Shown here one piece after another: positions 49,926 to 63,569 of a stretch of DNA of 64,000 nt. The translations under genes and the position numbers were made by a program. How positions within the stretch are numbered: position 1 is the stretch's first letter; each line of letters opens with the position of its first letter. Source of the stretch: Octopus bimaculoides (lineage: Eukaryota); assembly GCF_001194135.2 (NCBI RefSeq), contig NC_068988.1, positions 45,402,319 through 45,466,318 of the forward strand, read 5' to 3'. The notes below the pieces were generated by a model. That model made no database searches. It saw nothing but the letters and a program-made list of their open reading frames with translations, and was not told the DNA's origin.

Positions 49926-52479
49926 AGAGAGAGACAATACATCACAAGCTGTCAGTTGAAAGAGAAGAAGTGAATGAAGCATGAAGATAAATACATATGA
50001 TTAAAAAATAAATAGGAGATTATAGGAGACCTAAGGAAAAACAAACAGAGAAAATGTTTAAAAAAGGAATATCTATAGGACAAAGAACTGTGAACTGAGT
50101 TAGAAATTTTCAAAAATAGGTGTATGTGATAATAATGAATAATTTTGGTCATGTTAAAGCAATAAGGCTAAATAAATAAATAAAATAATTTGGACAACTT
50201 TTGTGAGGAAAATAAAAAGATATATGGTTTAATAGCAATTTGTTTCTCAGAAAGTAGAGGGTGAGCCACTAAATGGATATGATACGTAAGTGACAAAAAC
50301 TTGAATCTAGGTTTAAATAATTAAATTAATTATGGCAAAAGATGAAACTAAGTTAAGAGTCAAAATTTTTAGTTTGTAAGATGTTAAGATTCTCTGTGAT
50401 ATTGTTAGAATGTAAGAAATTATAATTGAAGAAACATAAGATGTTATACATAACAGACTATTGGCTTGTGTTGCAATGCACTTCATGCTGAAGTAGTTTA
50501 CTATGTGTGTGAATCAAAAAAGAGAAAACAGTATAGTACATGCAGAAATATATTAGAAGGAAGGGAGAGTATGTATGATAAATTATCACCTACTTAGGAA
50601 ATGTATTAGGCTTAAGGTATTTTAGAAACAAAAAAGAGTTCTCAGGCACTGTGTATCTGTTGTACACAGGAGACAACTTGAAGTGACTAATGCTGAATAA
50701 GACAATTTATGTTCTTTGTAATGATAGTTTCTCCACTTTTATTAAACCAGCAAAATTTGAATGGCCTTCTTAGAAATTTAGAACTGACAGTGTGGCCAAA
50801 ATAAAATTAAATACAGTAAAGTATTATGTATTTAAATTTTACTAAATTTTGGGAAAATTTAAGACTAAGTAAAATATAGCAGAATTTGAATTGAAGAAAT
50901 TATTTTGGAGAAGTGAAATTATAAATTTATAACTACAAGTATAACCAGCATTAAGGAAATGTTACATTCCTGAAAATTGTGTTAAAACATGGAACTCCAT
51001 GTTACAAAATATATTTTGTATTGATTTCCATGGAACAGGAGTAGTCAATGGGAAATAGGTTTCCCATTATGGAATTCCATGTGATGGCTAGGTTTTCCAG
51101 AATATAATGTTTCCTTAAGGTGTGAGATTCTTCTATGAGTCTAATACTTTATTTATTGCTTTCTATAACCCTTTGAATGCTTTTGACAAATTAGAATATT
51201 TGATTTGTACTTAAAATTGATTTAAGTGATTAATACCCTCTCTTACAAATCTATGACCTTATTAAGCCCTAGTAAGATTTGATTCATTAGATTTGAAAGA
51301 ACCATTCGCTCTAAGCTTTTATTATTTTTGTTTATCCATATCCTTTAATACTTTGTCACTATATATCTCTATTGAAATGCACTGTCTTTGTTTAAAATAA
51401 TTTTGAATGCATGGAAGAATTTAATGAAATAGCATTGTTGTTATTATGTCAGCGTTTGGGACATAAATTAACATAGAATTTTAATGAAAGTTTTGGTTTA
51501 ATTCGTTTTAAAACACGAAGATGGTATCATGCAACCAAGGGTAGTCTCAGGTGGTCTAGTAACAAAAGGGTTAATACAGAACAAACCTTAAGTCAATGAC
51601 AGTGCCTCAATATCTTCCCTCAACTTGTTGGAAATATCAGCCAAGTCTCCCTTAAATCGCATCCTGTGGTTTTAATAAAAAGGACATATTGAATAGCATG
51701 ATCCTGAATATACTATGTTGGGAGAAAATGTATAGGATATTGATGGCTCAAATGTCTTTGGTCATAGATCTGCTAGATTGTGGCTCAATATATCAAACAT
51801 CAAGGCATAGCTTACAATTATATTACATTGACATTTTTAAGCAGAATAGAATGAAAAGAGAGACAAGAGAAAGACAAATTGGGATCAAGAGAAATATATT
51901 AATATTAGATTAATAAAATCAGTTGGTAAAAATATATATATATATTACTCAAAGAAAATAATTAGTATATAATTACGTTAGGGAAGATATATAAATTCTT
52001 CAAAATCAAGAAAGCAAATTATTTGAAAGGCTAATATGGCGAAATAATGCTACATGGTATCATCAAAGCCGAAGATTGCTAGAATATAAACAAGAGAAAG
52101 CAAAATGAATAACTGGAAACTGAAAATTAAAAAAAGAAAAAGACAACGGAGAAGTCAAAATGAATACTTTCTAAGCAATGATGTAGTGATGACATAATAA
52201 AGCAATACAATATGTTTGTGTATTTGTACAAATATAACTGTGTGTTGTGTATATTTATATGTGTGTATGTGATTGTGTGTATGTGATTGTGTGCATGTGT
52301 GTATGTGTATGCATGCATGTGTGTGCATATATATATATATATATAAATATATATATATGTATACACACACAGACACACACAGACAGACAGACACACATGC
52401 ATACACACACACATATATATATGCATATATATGTGTGTGTATGTGAACGCATCTCGCTCTCTCTCTCCCTCTCTCCCTC

Positions 52480-52553
<74 letters not shown>

Positions 52554-52558
<5 letters not shown>

Positions 52559-54170
52559 GGGGAAAATAAAAATTTGTACGTGTCAAAATTCTTTATTTAT
52601 TTAATTTCTAATAAGCATAAATGGGATATACCAAAACTATATTTGCATACACATGCATAAACTAAGAATATGCAAAAGAAACTAAAAAAAAAGAAGTTAC
52701 TAAGGAATTTATATTCAATTATAAATATTTAGGGGCGAAAAAATTATTTGTATAGAACATAAATAACCGATAATTCTGATTTAATAGTTCGTAGCATAAG
52801 CATTTTTCAGTTCCACTTCAACCAATCTCTTCTTGTTGTTCTTAATCAATGACTCGCATCATTCTTTAGGAATTTTTACCCATTCTTCTTGACAAATTTT
52901 CTTCAAATCTGGAATGCATGTTGGGGCTCTTGAATGAATTTTAATTTTCAAATAACGCCACAAATTTTCAATGGGGTTCAGGCCAGGTGACTGGCTTGGC
53001 CATTCTAGTAATTTTGTATTGTGATCGACAATCCATATTTTGGTAGACTTCGCCATGTGCTTAGGGTCATTATCCTGTTGTAAAACCCACCCTTCACGAA
53101 GCTGGAGCTTTTTTACAGAGTCCCATAAATTATTGTTTAAAAATATTTTGGTACATCTCTGCATTCATTCTACCATCTATCACATGTAAATTGCCAGTAC
53201 CATTTGCAGAGAAGCACCTCCACACCATGATGTTGCCACCTCCAAACTTTATGGAAGGAATTGTGTTTTTCGGTGAATAAGCGGTATCATCTTTCCTCCA
53301 AACATGGCTACGCAAATTTCGTCCAAACAATTCAATTTTCAACTCATCTGTCCATAGAACTTTTTCCCAGAATGTATCAGATTTATCTTTATGTTCATGA
53401 ACAAATTTTAAATGGGCATCTCTATGCCTTTTAGTCAACAGTGGAGTTTTTCTAGGAGAGCATGACTTCGGTTCATTCCCATGAAGTTCATTGCTGATTG
53501 TTCGTAGTGTAACACTAGTCCCTGAAGCTAACAAATCTTCTTGAAACTCTTTTCTGGTGATTATTGCATTTTTTTCGATTCTTTGCTTCCTTTTTCTTAA
53601 AAATCTAGGGGAAATCTTGCGTGGTGCACTGGATCTTATTCTGTCTTCAACAGTTCCCGATTTTTTATATCTTTGAATAAATGAAGATATGGTAGAAAAT
53701 GGAATACAAAGGGTCTCTGATATTTTCCTGAAACTTTTACCTGTTTTCCATTATTCAATAAGTAAGTTTTTTACTGAATTTGTGAGTTCTTTACTTTTCG
53801 CCATTATTATGACACTACTTTATGTTGTCTCAGTGCTGAATGAAGAAGCTAGCATTTTGACACTTAAAAATGACCACTGATAAGATTATTGGAACAAACG
53901 AGAAAGTTCTAGTAAAAAAAAAATTATTTTAACAGTGTTTTGTGGCATAGAAACTCATAAATTTATTCTGTACGAATACTTTTTTCACCCCTAAATATTT
54001 ATAATTGTATATAAATTCATTAGTTACTATAATTTATTAGTTTCTTTTGCATATTCTTAGTTTATGCATGTGTATGCAAATATAGCATTGGTATAACCCA
54101 TTTATGTTCATTAGAAATTAAATAAATTAAATAAAGAATTTTGACACGTACGAATATTTATTTTCTCCCA

Positions 54171-54173
<3 letters not shown>
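52554..54173 (-). mobile_element. Tc1-like DNA transposon (DD34E) with about 215-bp IR/DR-type terminal inverted repeats, 1620 bp, TA target site
   Basis: Inverted repeats 52554-about 52765 and about 53960-54173 (TA|CAATGGGGGAAAATAAA ... TTTTCTCCCACTG|TA), each with an outer and an inner GGGG..AAAA..TATT(C/T)GTA direct repeat; inserted in a (TA)n tract. Confidence 0.93.
52781..53804 (-). pseudogene. Nearly intact DD34E Tc1 transposase (2 premature stops, 1 frameshift)
   Basis: MAKSKELTNSVKNLLIE*WKTGKS...; WTDELKIE, KFGGGNIMVW, QQDNDPKH, SPGLNPIENLW motifs with D34E spacing; +1 frameshift near 53140; TGA at 52859; natural stop TAA 52781-52783. Confidence 0.92.
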
Positions 54174-54195
<22 letters not shown>

Positions 54196-54205
<10 letters not shown>

Positions 54206-54226
54206 TTGATAGATAGATAGATAGAT

Positions 54227-54257
<31 letters not shown>

Positions 54258-54278
54258 TAGCTAGATAGATAGATAGAG

Positions 54279-54329
<51 letters not shown>

Positions 54330-54330
54330 C
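54196..54330. repeat. (GATA)n/(GACA)n tetranucleotide microsatellite
   Basis: Direct reading. Confidence 0.9.
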
Positions 54331-55235
54331 TTATTTCTGTCACAGTGGCCATGCTGTGGTACAGCCTTGAAGTGTTTAGCCAAACACATTGATACAAATA
54401 CCAGCCACGCTGGTAGTTGATTACTGGTACTTCCAAATACACTAATCACTACTGCTATCCCTCTCTTTGTTGCCCACTACTTGTGTGTTTCCCACTTCAA
54501 ATCATTATAGTTGTTCAGTTTTTTTCTTCTTTCTCTTTCACCCTATTGTTACTTGAACATGCTATGTTGTTCATCATGCAAGTATTTTTTGTTTTTTGAC
54601 CACAACAACATCAGGCTTCCAATGTCTGATTTGATAGTCATACTGAATCATTACATCCCACAGGATTTTGCAGTCTTCATTCTCAGTGACTACTTGTGAG
54701 ATTTGGTCATACTATGTCTTAGCTCTTTATAGGCTGTAATTTCCACATACATACATACATAAATACATACATAGCATACATGTTCAATAGGCATGAAATT
54801 ATGGTTGAGTTGATGGTATTCACTACATTTCCTTTGTCTGCTTGTTGCAAGACAATTTAGGCATTTTAATTCTAGAAAATTCTTAATTCTTGAGATTTTC
54901 TTTCCTTTCACATTCAGGGTTAGTCATAACTGCCATCAGACTATTGTTTTATCTTCAAGGGAACTGAATATATTTTCATTTAATCAATTATTTTTTTGTA
55001 TGGTATTTAATGCACCATTATTCATCTTTATATATCAATGTAAGCATTAATGTATATAGGCAAACATGCTTATATGCATGTGCATTTCTGAACCTTCTTT
55101 GTCTTTTCAGAGTTCACTCACTAGAGAGTGGTCAACCTAAGGGTAAAGTAGAAGGCACTTTACTAACATGCCTCCTGGTGAGATTGAACCCAGAAGCATG
55201 TGGCTGAAGAGTAAGCTTCTTATATAGTATTTGTT

Positions 55236-55278
<43 letters not shown>

Positions 55279-55288
55279 NNNNNNNNNN

Positions 55289-55330
<42 letters not shown>

Positions 55331-55385
55331 GGAGATAGATAGATAGATAGAGAGGGAGAGCGAGAGAAAGATATATATATGTATG

Positions 55386-55438
<53 letters not shown>

Positions 55439-55448
55439 NNNNNNNNNN

Positions 55449-55532
<84 letters not shown>

Positions 55533-55627
55533 TTATAAACAACTTCCCTAAATATTTATTTTATCCCCTCATTCATATGATACTATTCATCACTGTAATT
55601 TACTATCCAACCTCTATTTACCTACCG

Positions 55628-55870
55628 TGGAGGCACGTGGCTTAGTGGTTAGGGTGTCAGCATCATGATTGTAAGATTGTGGTTTCAATTCCTGGACTGG
55701 GCAATGCATTGTGTTCTTGAGTAAAACACTTCATTTCACATTGCTCCAGTCCACTCAGCTGGCAAAAATGAGTAACTCTGTGATGGACTGGCATCCTGTC
55801 CAACTGGGGAACCCATACGCCAATGAAACCAGGAAACCGGGCCCTTGAGCCTGGCTAGGCTTTAAAAGAG
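55628..55870 (+). mobile_element. SINE family D (tRNA-derived head ggaggcacgtggcttagtggttagggtg)
   Basis: A-box TGGCTTAGTGG and B-box-like GGTTTCAATTCC; related copies at about 2940-3100(-), 28103-28265, 33195-33505, 60516-60735. Confidence 0.8.
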
Positions 55871-56084
55871 CGTATTTATTTCATTAATTTACCTACCCAT
55901 TATTACCCTAATTATATTCACATATTATCCATTACCCACTAAAACAAACTATAACCCCCTAATCCAGGCAAATACCGATATTAGCCATAAAATAATATTC
56001 TGTCTGCTGTGATGATTCTAATATGTGACACATAAAAACCTAATGGTATATCTTTTTTGTACCCCTCTGAAGAGATTTTGCACT

Positions 56085-56250
56085 CTCTGAGTGGTTGGCG
56101 TTAGGAAGGGCATCCAGCTGTAGAAACTCTGCCAAATTAGATTGGAGCCTGGTGTTGCCATCCGGTTTCACCAGTCCTCAGTCAAATCGTCCAACCCATG
56201 CTAGCATGGAAAGCGGACGTTAAACGACGACGATGATGATGATGATGATG
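56085..56250 (+). mobile_element. RTE LINE 3' end
   Basis: gagtggttggcgttaggaagggcatccagctg ... agcggacgttaaacgacgacgatgatgat. Confidence 0.75.
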
Positions 56251-56464
56251 ATTTTAATAAATGCTGTTTAACCTTTTAAGGTTTAATTGAAACAGCTGTA
56301 AGGCACTATGTTTGATTTTTGCAGATAATAAATTTTTATTAACTGTTATATCTCTATTTTCTTACTTTTTTTGAACGATTATATGCCATGATATATATAT
56401 ATATATATATGTATGTATAGAGAGAGAGATGGAGGTAGACTCTGTGCTTGTAACTCCAAATCTT

Positions 56465-56830
56465 GACATCTCATCACCATCTTCATCAATATTTAACATC
56501 TGTTTTCCATGCTGGAATGGGCTGGATGACTTGACATGAACTGGTAAGGCCAGGGGCTTCACCTGGTTTCATGGCTTGTTTTGGCTTGCTTTCAACAGCT
56601 GGATGTACTTCTTAATACTAACCACTCCACAGAGCGTACTGGGTACTCTTTAAGTGGCACCAGCACCAGTGCTTTTTAAGTAGCACCAGCATCAGTGCTT
56701 TTTATGTGGCACCAGCACCCACACAAATGCTTTTTATGTGACACCACAGTTTTAGGATTTCAGTTCTGTTGTGGTAGGTGGGTCTTCTTGAGTACAGCAA
56801 TGCACCAGATATCTTGATCTTCTGTTGTCT
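56465..56830 (-). mobile_element. RTE LINE 3' UTR copy
   Basis: tttaacatctgttttccatgctgg...gctggatg..cttc...; short tandem ggcaccagcacc.gtgcttttt units. Confidence 0.6.
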
Positions 56831-56869
56831 CCTTTGTAAGATTCAGCATTGTACCATAGTTGTAAATGA

Positions 56870-57250
56870 GTTGTTGGCACTCTGTCGTTTATGATGTCGA
56901 GGGTTCCAGTTGATCCGATCAACAGAACAGCCTGCTTGTGAAATTAACATGCAAGTGGCTAAGCACTCCACTGACACATGTACCCTTAACATAGTTCTTG
57001 GGGATATTCAGCGTAACAGTGTGACAAGGCTGGCCCTTTGAATCACAGGCACAATAGAAACAGGAAGTAAGAGCGAGAGAAAGCTGTGGTGAAAGAGTAC
57101 AGCAGAGTTTGCCACCATCCCCTGCTGGAGCCTTGTGGAGTTTTTGGTGTTTTCGCTCAATAAACACTCCCAATGCCCGGTCTGGGAATCAAAACCGCGA
57201 TCCTATGACCGCGAATCTGCTGCCCTAACCACTGGACCATTGCACCTCCA
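56870..57250 (-). mobile_element. SINE family E (tRNA-derived head)
   Basis: Minus strand begins ggaggtgcaatggtccagtggttagggcagcaga...ggttttgattccc; second copy at about 63297-63458 across an N10 gap. Confidence 0.75.
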
Positions 57251-57358
57251 CTGTAAATGAGTATCACTGTCATATAAGCAGTGTCATTCTTTTTCAATAT
57301 TCTGTGTAAGCATGTCTGATCATGCAAACATTGATAAGTGGACATTAAAATGATGATG

Positions 57359-57395
<37 letters not shown>

Positions 57396-58104
57396 TGCAT
57401 GCACACACACGTATACAGTCACACAAGTCATGTATGCACAGTTGCTATTTCTAGCAACTGAGTTACCATGTAGAGGGTCTGTCTCTTGTTTGATATGTGT
57501 AATGTGTATACAGCATATATATTTATATACAGCAAACATAAATGAATATATAACACCCACCACAAAGTAGATTGTTATTAACTGTTATTAATAATGATAA
57601 AGTCCTCCTATATGAGACCGTTATAACACGTTTTTATGAGACATTTTATTAGTCTGTGCAATATCTCTTATATTGCAGTTTGCTAACTAGACTTGTTTGA
57701 TACTCTAACCAGCCATAACCTCTGGTGGAAAAATCTAATCACAATATACATGTAACAGAATAATTGTGTTTGTTTATAGTGATCTATAAGTGAAGTTTGA
57801 TAAGTAATTAATTCAACTTCAGTATGTTTGTGATATTGCATTCACTGACATCTCTGCTCTCATGAAACTATGAAAAGATATAGAGTTTTAACTGCACAAC
57901 TTTCTTTTCCAAGCAGCCATACGCTTGTATTTTTTTTTGGGGGGGGGGGGTTGTTTTTTAAGACATGATGGGTAACAGTTAAAATAATGGATGCCTACAT
58001 TTTATGGAAGCAGTCTTGGGAAAATTAAGGAAAAAGTGACACCGTTGAGATTTGAACTCAAAAAATGGCACAAGCAAACTAAGATGAAATCTTTTATCTG
58101 GTAT

Positions 58105-58719
58105 CTTTTATTTGTTTCAGTCATTTTTTACTGTGGTCATGCTGGAACACCACCTTCAAGGATTTTAGTTGAGCAAATCAACCCCAGGACTTATTTTTTT
58201 AAAGCTTAGTACTTATTCTATCAGTCGCTTTTACCAAACTACTTAGTTGCTGGAACATAAACACACCATCACCGGTTGTTAAGTGGTGGTGGAGGGGACA
58301 TATGCAGACCCCAAAACACACATAGATATACATACATATATATACAACAGTCTTCTTTCAGTTTCCATCTACCAAATCCACTCAGAAGCCTTTGGTTGGC
58401 CCAAGGCTATAGTAGAAGGTGCCATGCAGTGGTGCTGAACCCAGAAACCATGTGGCTGAGAAGCAAGCTTCTTACCACACAGCCAAATATTTATTCTAGT
58501 TTAATTGCTTTTTCATTTTTTATTATCTTCTACTTGTTTCAGTCATTTGGCTGTGGCCATACTGGAGCACTGCTTTGAAGGGTTTTAGTCAAATGGATTG
58601 ACTCTAGTACTTATTTCTAAAGCCTGGTACTTACTCTTTGGATCTCTTTTGTTGAACAGTTCAGTTAAAGATATGTTAACAAACCCATATCAGTTGTCAT
58701 GTGGTGGTGGGAGACACAT

Positions 58720-58761
<42 letters not shown>

Positions 58762-58910
58762 CAAGCTTCTTTTAGTTTCTGTTTACCATCCACTCACAAA
58801 GCTTTGGTCAACCCAGGGCTATAGTAGAAAACACTGGTCCAATGTGCTTTGCAGTGGGACTGAACCCTAAACCATGTGGTTGAGAAGTAAGTATCTTACC
58901 ACACAGGCAC
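58105..58910 (-). mobile_element. Two head-to-tail SINE family A copies (about 58105-58485, 58525-58910)
   Basis: Reverse-complement matches. Confidence 0.75.
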
Positions 58911-60199
58911 ATGTTCAAGTACCTATGATACTTGGTTACCAAACTGAACTATACTGTCATCTGGTAAACTGATGACATCTGTCATCTGGTAAACAGACAC
59001 TACAATAGATTTTAGCTTATATCTCCTTCAGAAGTTTAACTGTTTATATAGAGAGTCCCTTTAATTCTATTTATGACGATTTAGAGAAGGTCTGTTTATG
59101 AAGTCACTTATCATAGGTTAGTGTAAAGTGGTGAAATGGCAGAATCATTTTTCTGCCAGACAAAATGCTTAGCAGTATTTCTTCCAACTGTACATTCTGT
59201 GTTCAAATTCCACCAAGGTCAGCTTTGCCTTTTATCATTTCAGGCTCAATGAAATACATACCAGTCAAATATTGGGGTCCATGTTATTGACTAACCCCCT
59301 TCCCAAAATTTCAAGTCTTGTTCCTACAGTAGAAAAGATTATAGGTTTCTGTTCTTTCAAGTGGAATTTTTATCTATCATCTGATGAAAGCCATAATGTC
59401 TGTGCTAAATCTCAACTTTTCTAAGTTTACAGTAGTTTATTTTCTTTTCTTGTATAGTTCCATGTAAAGTAAAGATGTAGTTTGAAGATGATAATGTAAT
59501 TATAATGTCATATTGATTTTATGTGTATAATTTCTTCTTTCAACTTTAATGAAGTAGTATGTAGTAATTAGCTATGAACTATGATGGAGAACATCTGGAT
59601 TACCATGTTTTCTGGCAAAGTAATTAGCAACAGGATTAACAGACCAAAACAGAGTGTATCATGATAAACAGATAAAAAATGTACAGCAGTATGATAAATG
59701 GGCTAAGATTTATTATAATGTGAATAAATAGACAAAAGTTGAGTGGCAATACTTTAAAATATAAAAATATATATAGTAGCATGATAGTTTGTGAAATATA
59801 TATAGTAACATGATAAATAGACACCTACCTCAACCTTTGTCCACCTCTACTATTGCCAATCACTCCCTCCAACTTACTTACTCTTGCCTTTATATTGTCA
59901 CCTATCTCTACCTTTGTACACCTGTCATTGCCAATCTCTGCATTCTCCCTGGTCACCTCTTCATATCTCTACCTTCTCCCCCATCATAATCTTGTTTCTT
60001 CTACCTGTCTACCAATTCTAGTCTCTTCTGATGTCAGTCATCTTCCTCTTCTTTATCTCCAGCTCCCCTCTTTGGTCATCTGTGCTAATGAAGATTTTTT
60101 TGATTACTGTCTGTACCTACATTTACTTCCCAATCTGCACCTCTCTTATAACCATTTACAATTTTTCTGTCATCATTGTTCTGCTTCCAAATTCACTAT

Positions 60200-60440
60200 G
60201 CACCAGGCCATATCCACTTTCTGTGGACCTTGTCCTTGTTGGTTTTAGTCTGCCTCCCTTGCGATGTCCAGTGGAGGACTTGTCTTGTAATGTTAGAAAC
60301 AGGTTTCAGCAGGATGTAGCCAAGCCAACTCCATTTCTGCCTCTTGATCTGGATTTTGATAGTTTGCCACTTCACCTGTTTCCACAAAGCCTTGTGAGTT
60401 TGTTTTGCTGCCTCAACTGAAGGATTTTCTGGAGACATTT
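60200..60440 (-). mobile_element. RTE/RTE-X LINE ORF2 C-terminal fragment
   Basis: IKRQKWSWLGYILLKPVSNITRQVLHWTSQG resembles the RWxWIGHTLRK...RQALxWxPQG motif. Confidence 0.65.
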
Positions 60441-60754
60441 AATCACAGACATTTGAAATTTGTTGATGGAGAACGCTGAGAATTGCTATATTTCACATAG
60501 CAAGTCTCAAAGTTGTGGAGGCACGTGGCTTAGTGGTTAGGGTGTTGGACTCATAGTTTTGATTCTGGGACTGGTCAACATGTTGGGTTCTTGAGCAAGA
60601 CAATTCATTTCACATTGCTCCAGTCCAATCAACTGGCAAAATGAATAATTCTGCAACAGACTGGTGTCCCATCCAGTTGTGGAATTTATTTGCCATGAAA
60701 CTTGGAAACTGGTTCTTATAAGTCAGCATGACTTGAAAAGGTAATTCTTTTATT

Positions 60755-61033
60755 CTTTCATTCTTTGATATGTTTCAGTCATTTGACTGCAGCCATGTTG
60801 GAACTCCACCTTTAGTTGAACAAATCGATCCCAGGATTTATTCTTTTGTAAGCCTAGTACTTATTCTATCAGTCTCCTGCTAAGTTACATGGTCGTAAAC
60901 ACACCAACATTGGTTGTCAAGCGATGGTGGTGAGGACAAACACAGACACACAAATATATACATATATATATGCTATATGCCTGTTGGCATATGGCGTAGT
61001 GTTTAAGATTCCAAGTTTGATTCCAGGAAGTGA

Positions 61034-61124
<91 letters not shown>

Positions 61125-61410
61125 CATCAAAAAATACCTTAGGAATGAGAACCCAGGTTTGAAATTTCCCCAAGACACTTGATGAAGGCTGGAGGGTATA
61201 TCAGTGGAAATGTGTTAACAACAAACCAGACGAGGACAAATGTCTGTCAAATGTAAATAATGTAAATAATATACAATGGGTTTCTTTCAGTTTCCATCTA
61301 CCAAATCCACTCACAAGGCTTTGGTCGGCCTGAGGCTATAGCAGAAGACAGTGAGACTGAACAGCGGGACTGAACTCAAACCCATGTGGTTGGTAAGCAA
61401 GCTACTCACC
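60755..61410 (-). mobile_element. SINE family A copy split by nested insertions (60975-61270)
   Basis: 3' half 60755-60965 and 5' half 61272-61410 flank a short tRNA-headed repeat with (AAT)n tail and a Penelope-type fragment. Confidence 0.75.
61120..61270 (+). mobile_element. Penelope-type 3' fragment with degenerate hammerhead-like motif
   Basis: acac-ttgatga-a-ggctg-gagggtatat-cagtg-gaaa-tgtgtt at about 61175-61216; tail of tgtaaataa repeats. Confidence 0.45.
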
Positions 61411-61839
61411 ACACAGCCATGCCTGCACCTTTACTGTTTTTCCTTTTTTACTATGTTTCACACCTGTTCTAAATGAAAGTAAAATCTACAATTTTTATAG
61501 AATCTGGTGATAATCCATGCTAGCAAACAATTAGTTCACAGAAGAGTCTGTTAAGTTCACTTGCTATGAGGAGTGAACATTCTAACATTGATGGTTCTTA
61601 CACTTTATCTTTCTGCTCGTCAGACTTGGGACAGATTTTCCACTCTCTACAGCAATTGAACAATCAAATTCTTTGATTTTTAAGAGATCATTTAATAACT
61701 CTCAGTGGACTAATTTACCTCACTGTAAAATGGAAGCTCATTACACTCAGGACTAGCAGACAAGAATAACTGATAAATATCATGTACAACTACTCACCAC
61801 CATCATTGCTTGCCCTGCCAACACCACCACCTTGTTGTT

Positions 61840-62030
61840 GTTCATGTTGATGATTGTAGTAGTAATTATGATACTCGTGACTGAAGTGACAGTGACGATG
61901 ACAACGTTGATGATGATGATGATAACGACAATAATAACGACGATGAAGATGATGATGATGATGATGAAAATGATGACAAAAGTGGTGGTGGTGGTGGTGG
62001 TGGTGGTGGTGATGATAATGATGATGTAAT
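61840..62030. repeat. GAT/GAC/GGT trinucleotide microsatellite
   Basis: Direct reading. Confidence 0.85.
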
Positions 62031-62511
62031 GTCTACTCTTAGCAAGTTGATACCACGATTCACCATCCCAGTCTTTCCTGTACTAACCTCATACATTCAC
62101 TGTCTGTCCAATTCTTGATATTATTCATTCGTGTATTTCTTAGTTTTTGCTTCTTTTCAAAATTCCTCATTCAGTTTGCTTTCTAATAACAGTCTGTGTA
62201 AACTATGTTTGTCTAATTAAGCAACTGAAATATTTAGTCTTCTGTATTTCAGATATCAAATAAAATATTCTTTTTTTTTTTTGTTTTATTTTTAGCTATT
62301 ACTAGTTCTTCATCAGTGGTTTTCTGATTTTTTTCTGTGATGTTCTCATTTTCAAAACTATTTTCGCTTAAATCCTCTCATGAATTATAATTTAGAGAGT
62401 GGACCTCATCGAAATCTCTAGACATTCATTTATTACATTCAGGATTACTGAACATTTCTCTCACAGCAGTTTTAGAACAAATAAAAATATTTGGGAGCAC
62501 TGTGTTTGTAC

Positions 62512-63229
62512 TTACAGCCACATGGTTTCCAGCTCTACAGCCACATGTTTTCCGATTCTACAGCCACATGGTTTCCAGTTCTACAGCCACATGGTTTCCA
62601 GTTCTACAGCCACATGGTTTCCGGTTCTACAGCCACATGGTTTCCGGTTCTACAGCCACATGGTTTCCAGTTCTACAGCCACATGNNNNNNNNNNNNNNN
62701 NNNNNNNNNNNNNNNNNNNNNNNNNNNNNNNNNNNNNNNNNNNNNNNNNNNNNNNNNNNNNNNNNNNNNNNNNNNNNNNNNNNNNNNNNNNNNNNNNNNN
62801 NNNNNNNNNNNNNNNNNNNNNNNNNNNNNNNNNNNNNNNNNNNNNNNNNNNNNNNNNNNNNNNNNNNNNNNNNNNNNNNNNNNNNNNNNNNNNNNNNNNN
62901 NNNNNNNNNNNNNNNNNNNNNNNNNNNNNNNNNNNNNNNNNNNNNNNNNNNNNNNNNNNNNNNNNNNNNNNNNNNNNNNNNNNNNNNNNNNNNNNNNNNN
63001 NNNNNNNNNNNNNNNNNNNNNNNNNNNNNNNNNNNNNNNNNNNNNNNNNNNNNNNNNNNNNNNNNNNNNNNNNNNNTTTTCCGATTCTACAGCCACATGG
63101 TTTCCAGTTCTACAGCCACATGGTTTCCAGTTCTACAGCCACATGGTTTCCGGTTCTACAGCCACATGGTTTCCGGTTCTACAGCCACATGGTTTCCGGT
63201 TCTACAGCCACATGGTTTCCGGTTCTACA
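62512..63229 (+). repeat. 23-bp minisatellite (ctacagccacatggtttcc(a/g)gtt)n spanning an N-gap
   Basis: Near-identical units on both sides of gap 62686-63076. Confidence 0.95.
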
Positions 63230-63569
63230 TCACTTGTGCAAGTATATGATATTATAGCCTTGGTTTGACCAATGCATTTTCAGAGATGTTTGGTATTGTT
63301 GTTGTTGTTGGCACTCCGTCGCTTACGACATCAAGGGTTCCAGTTGATCCAATCAATGGAACAGCCTGCTCANNNNNNNNNNCCCGGTCTGGGAATCGAA
63401 ACCGCGATCCTATGACTGCGAGTCTGCTGCCCTAACCACTGGGCCATTGCGCCTCCACGATGTTTGGTATAGACAGAAATTGTACAGAAGTCCATTGCAT
63501 ATATTAGTGTGTGTGTGTGTGTGTGTGTGTGTTTATGTCTATGCTTACATTTGCCATGCTGCAGACACA

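Noticed and set aside
51166-51574. Possible second piggyBac-type MITE ending AAAAGGGTTAA
   Set aside because: Right end is clear but the left TIR and TTAA duplication could not be confirmed.
55628-55700. tRNA-like A/B boxes here and in other SINE heads
   Set aside because: No full cloverleaf; they continue into SINE bodies, so they are SINE heads rather than tRNA genes.
62399-63268. Three overlapping 250-290 aa repeat ORFs and a possible CRISPR-like array
   Set aside because: 23-bp minisatellite without spacers, stop-free by chance, and spanning an N-gap; no cas genes in a eukaryotic context.
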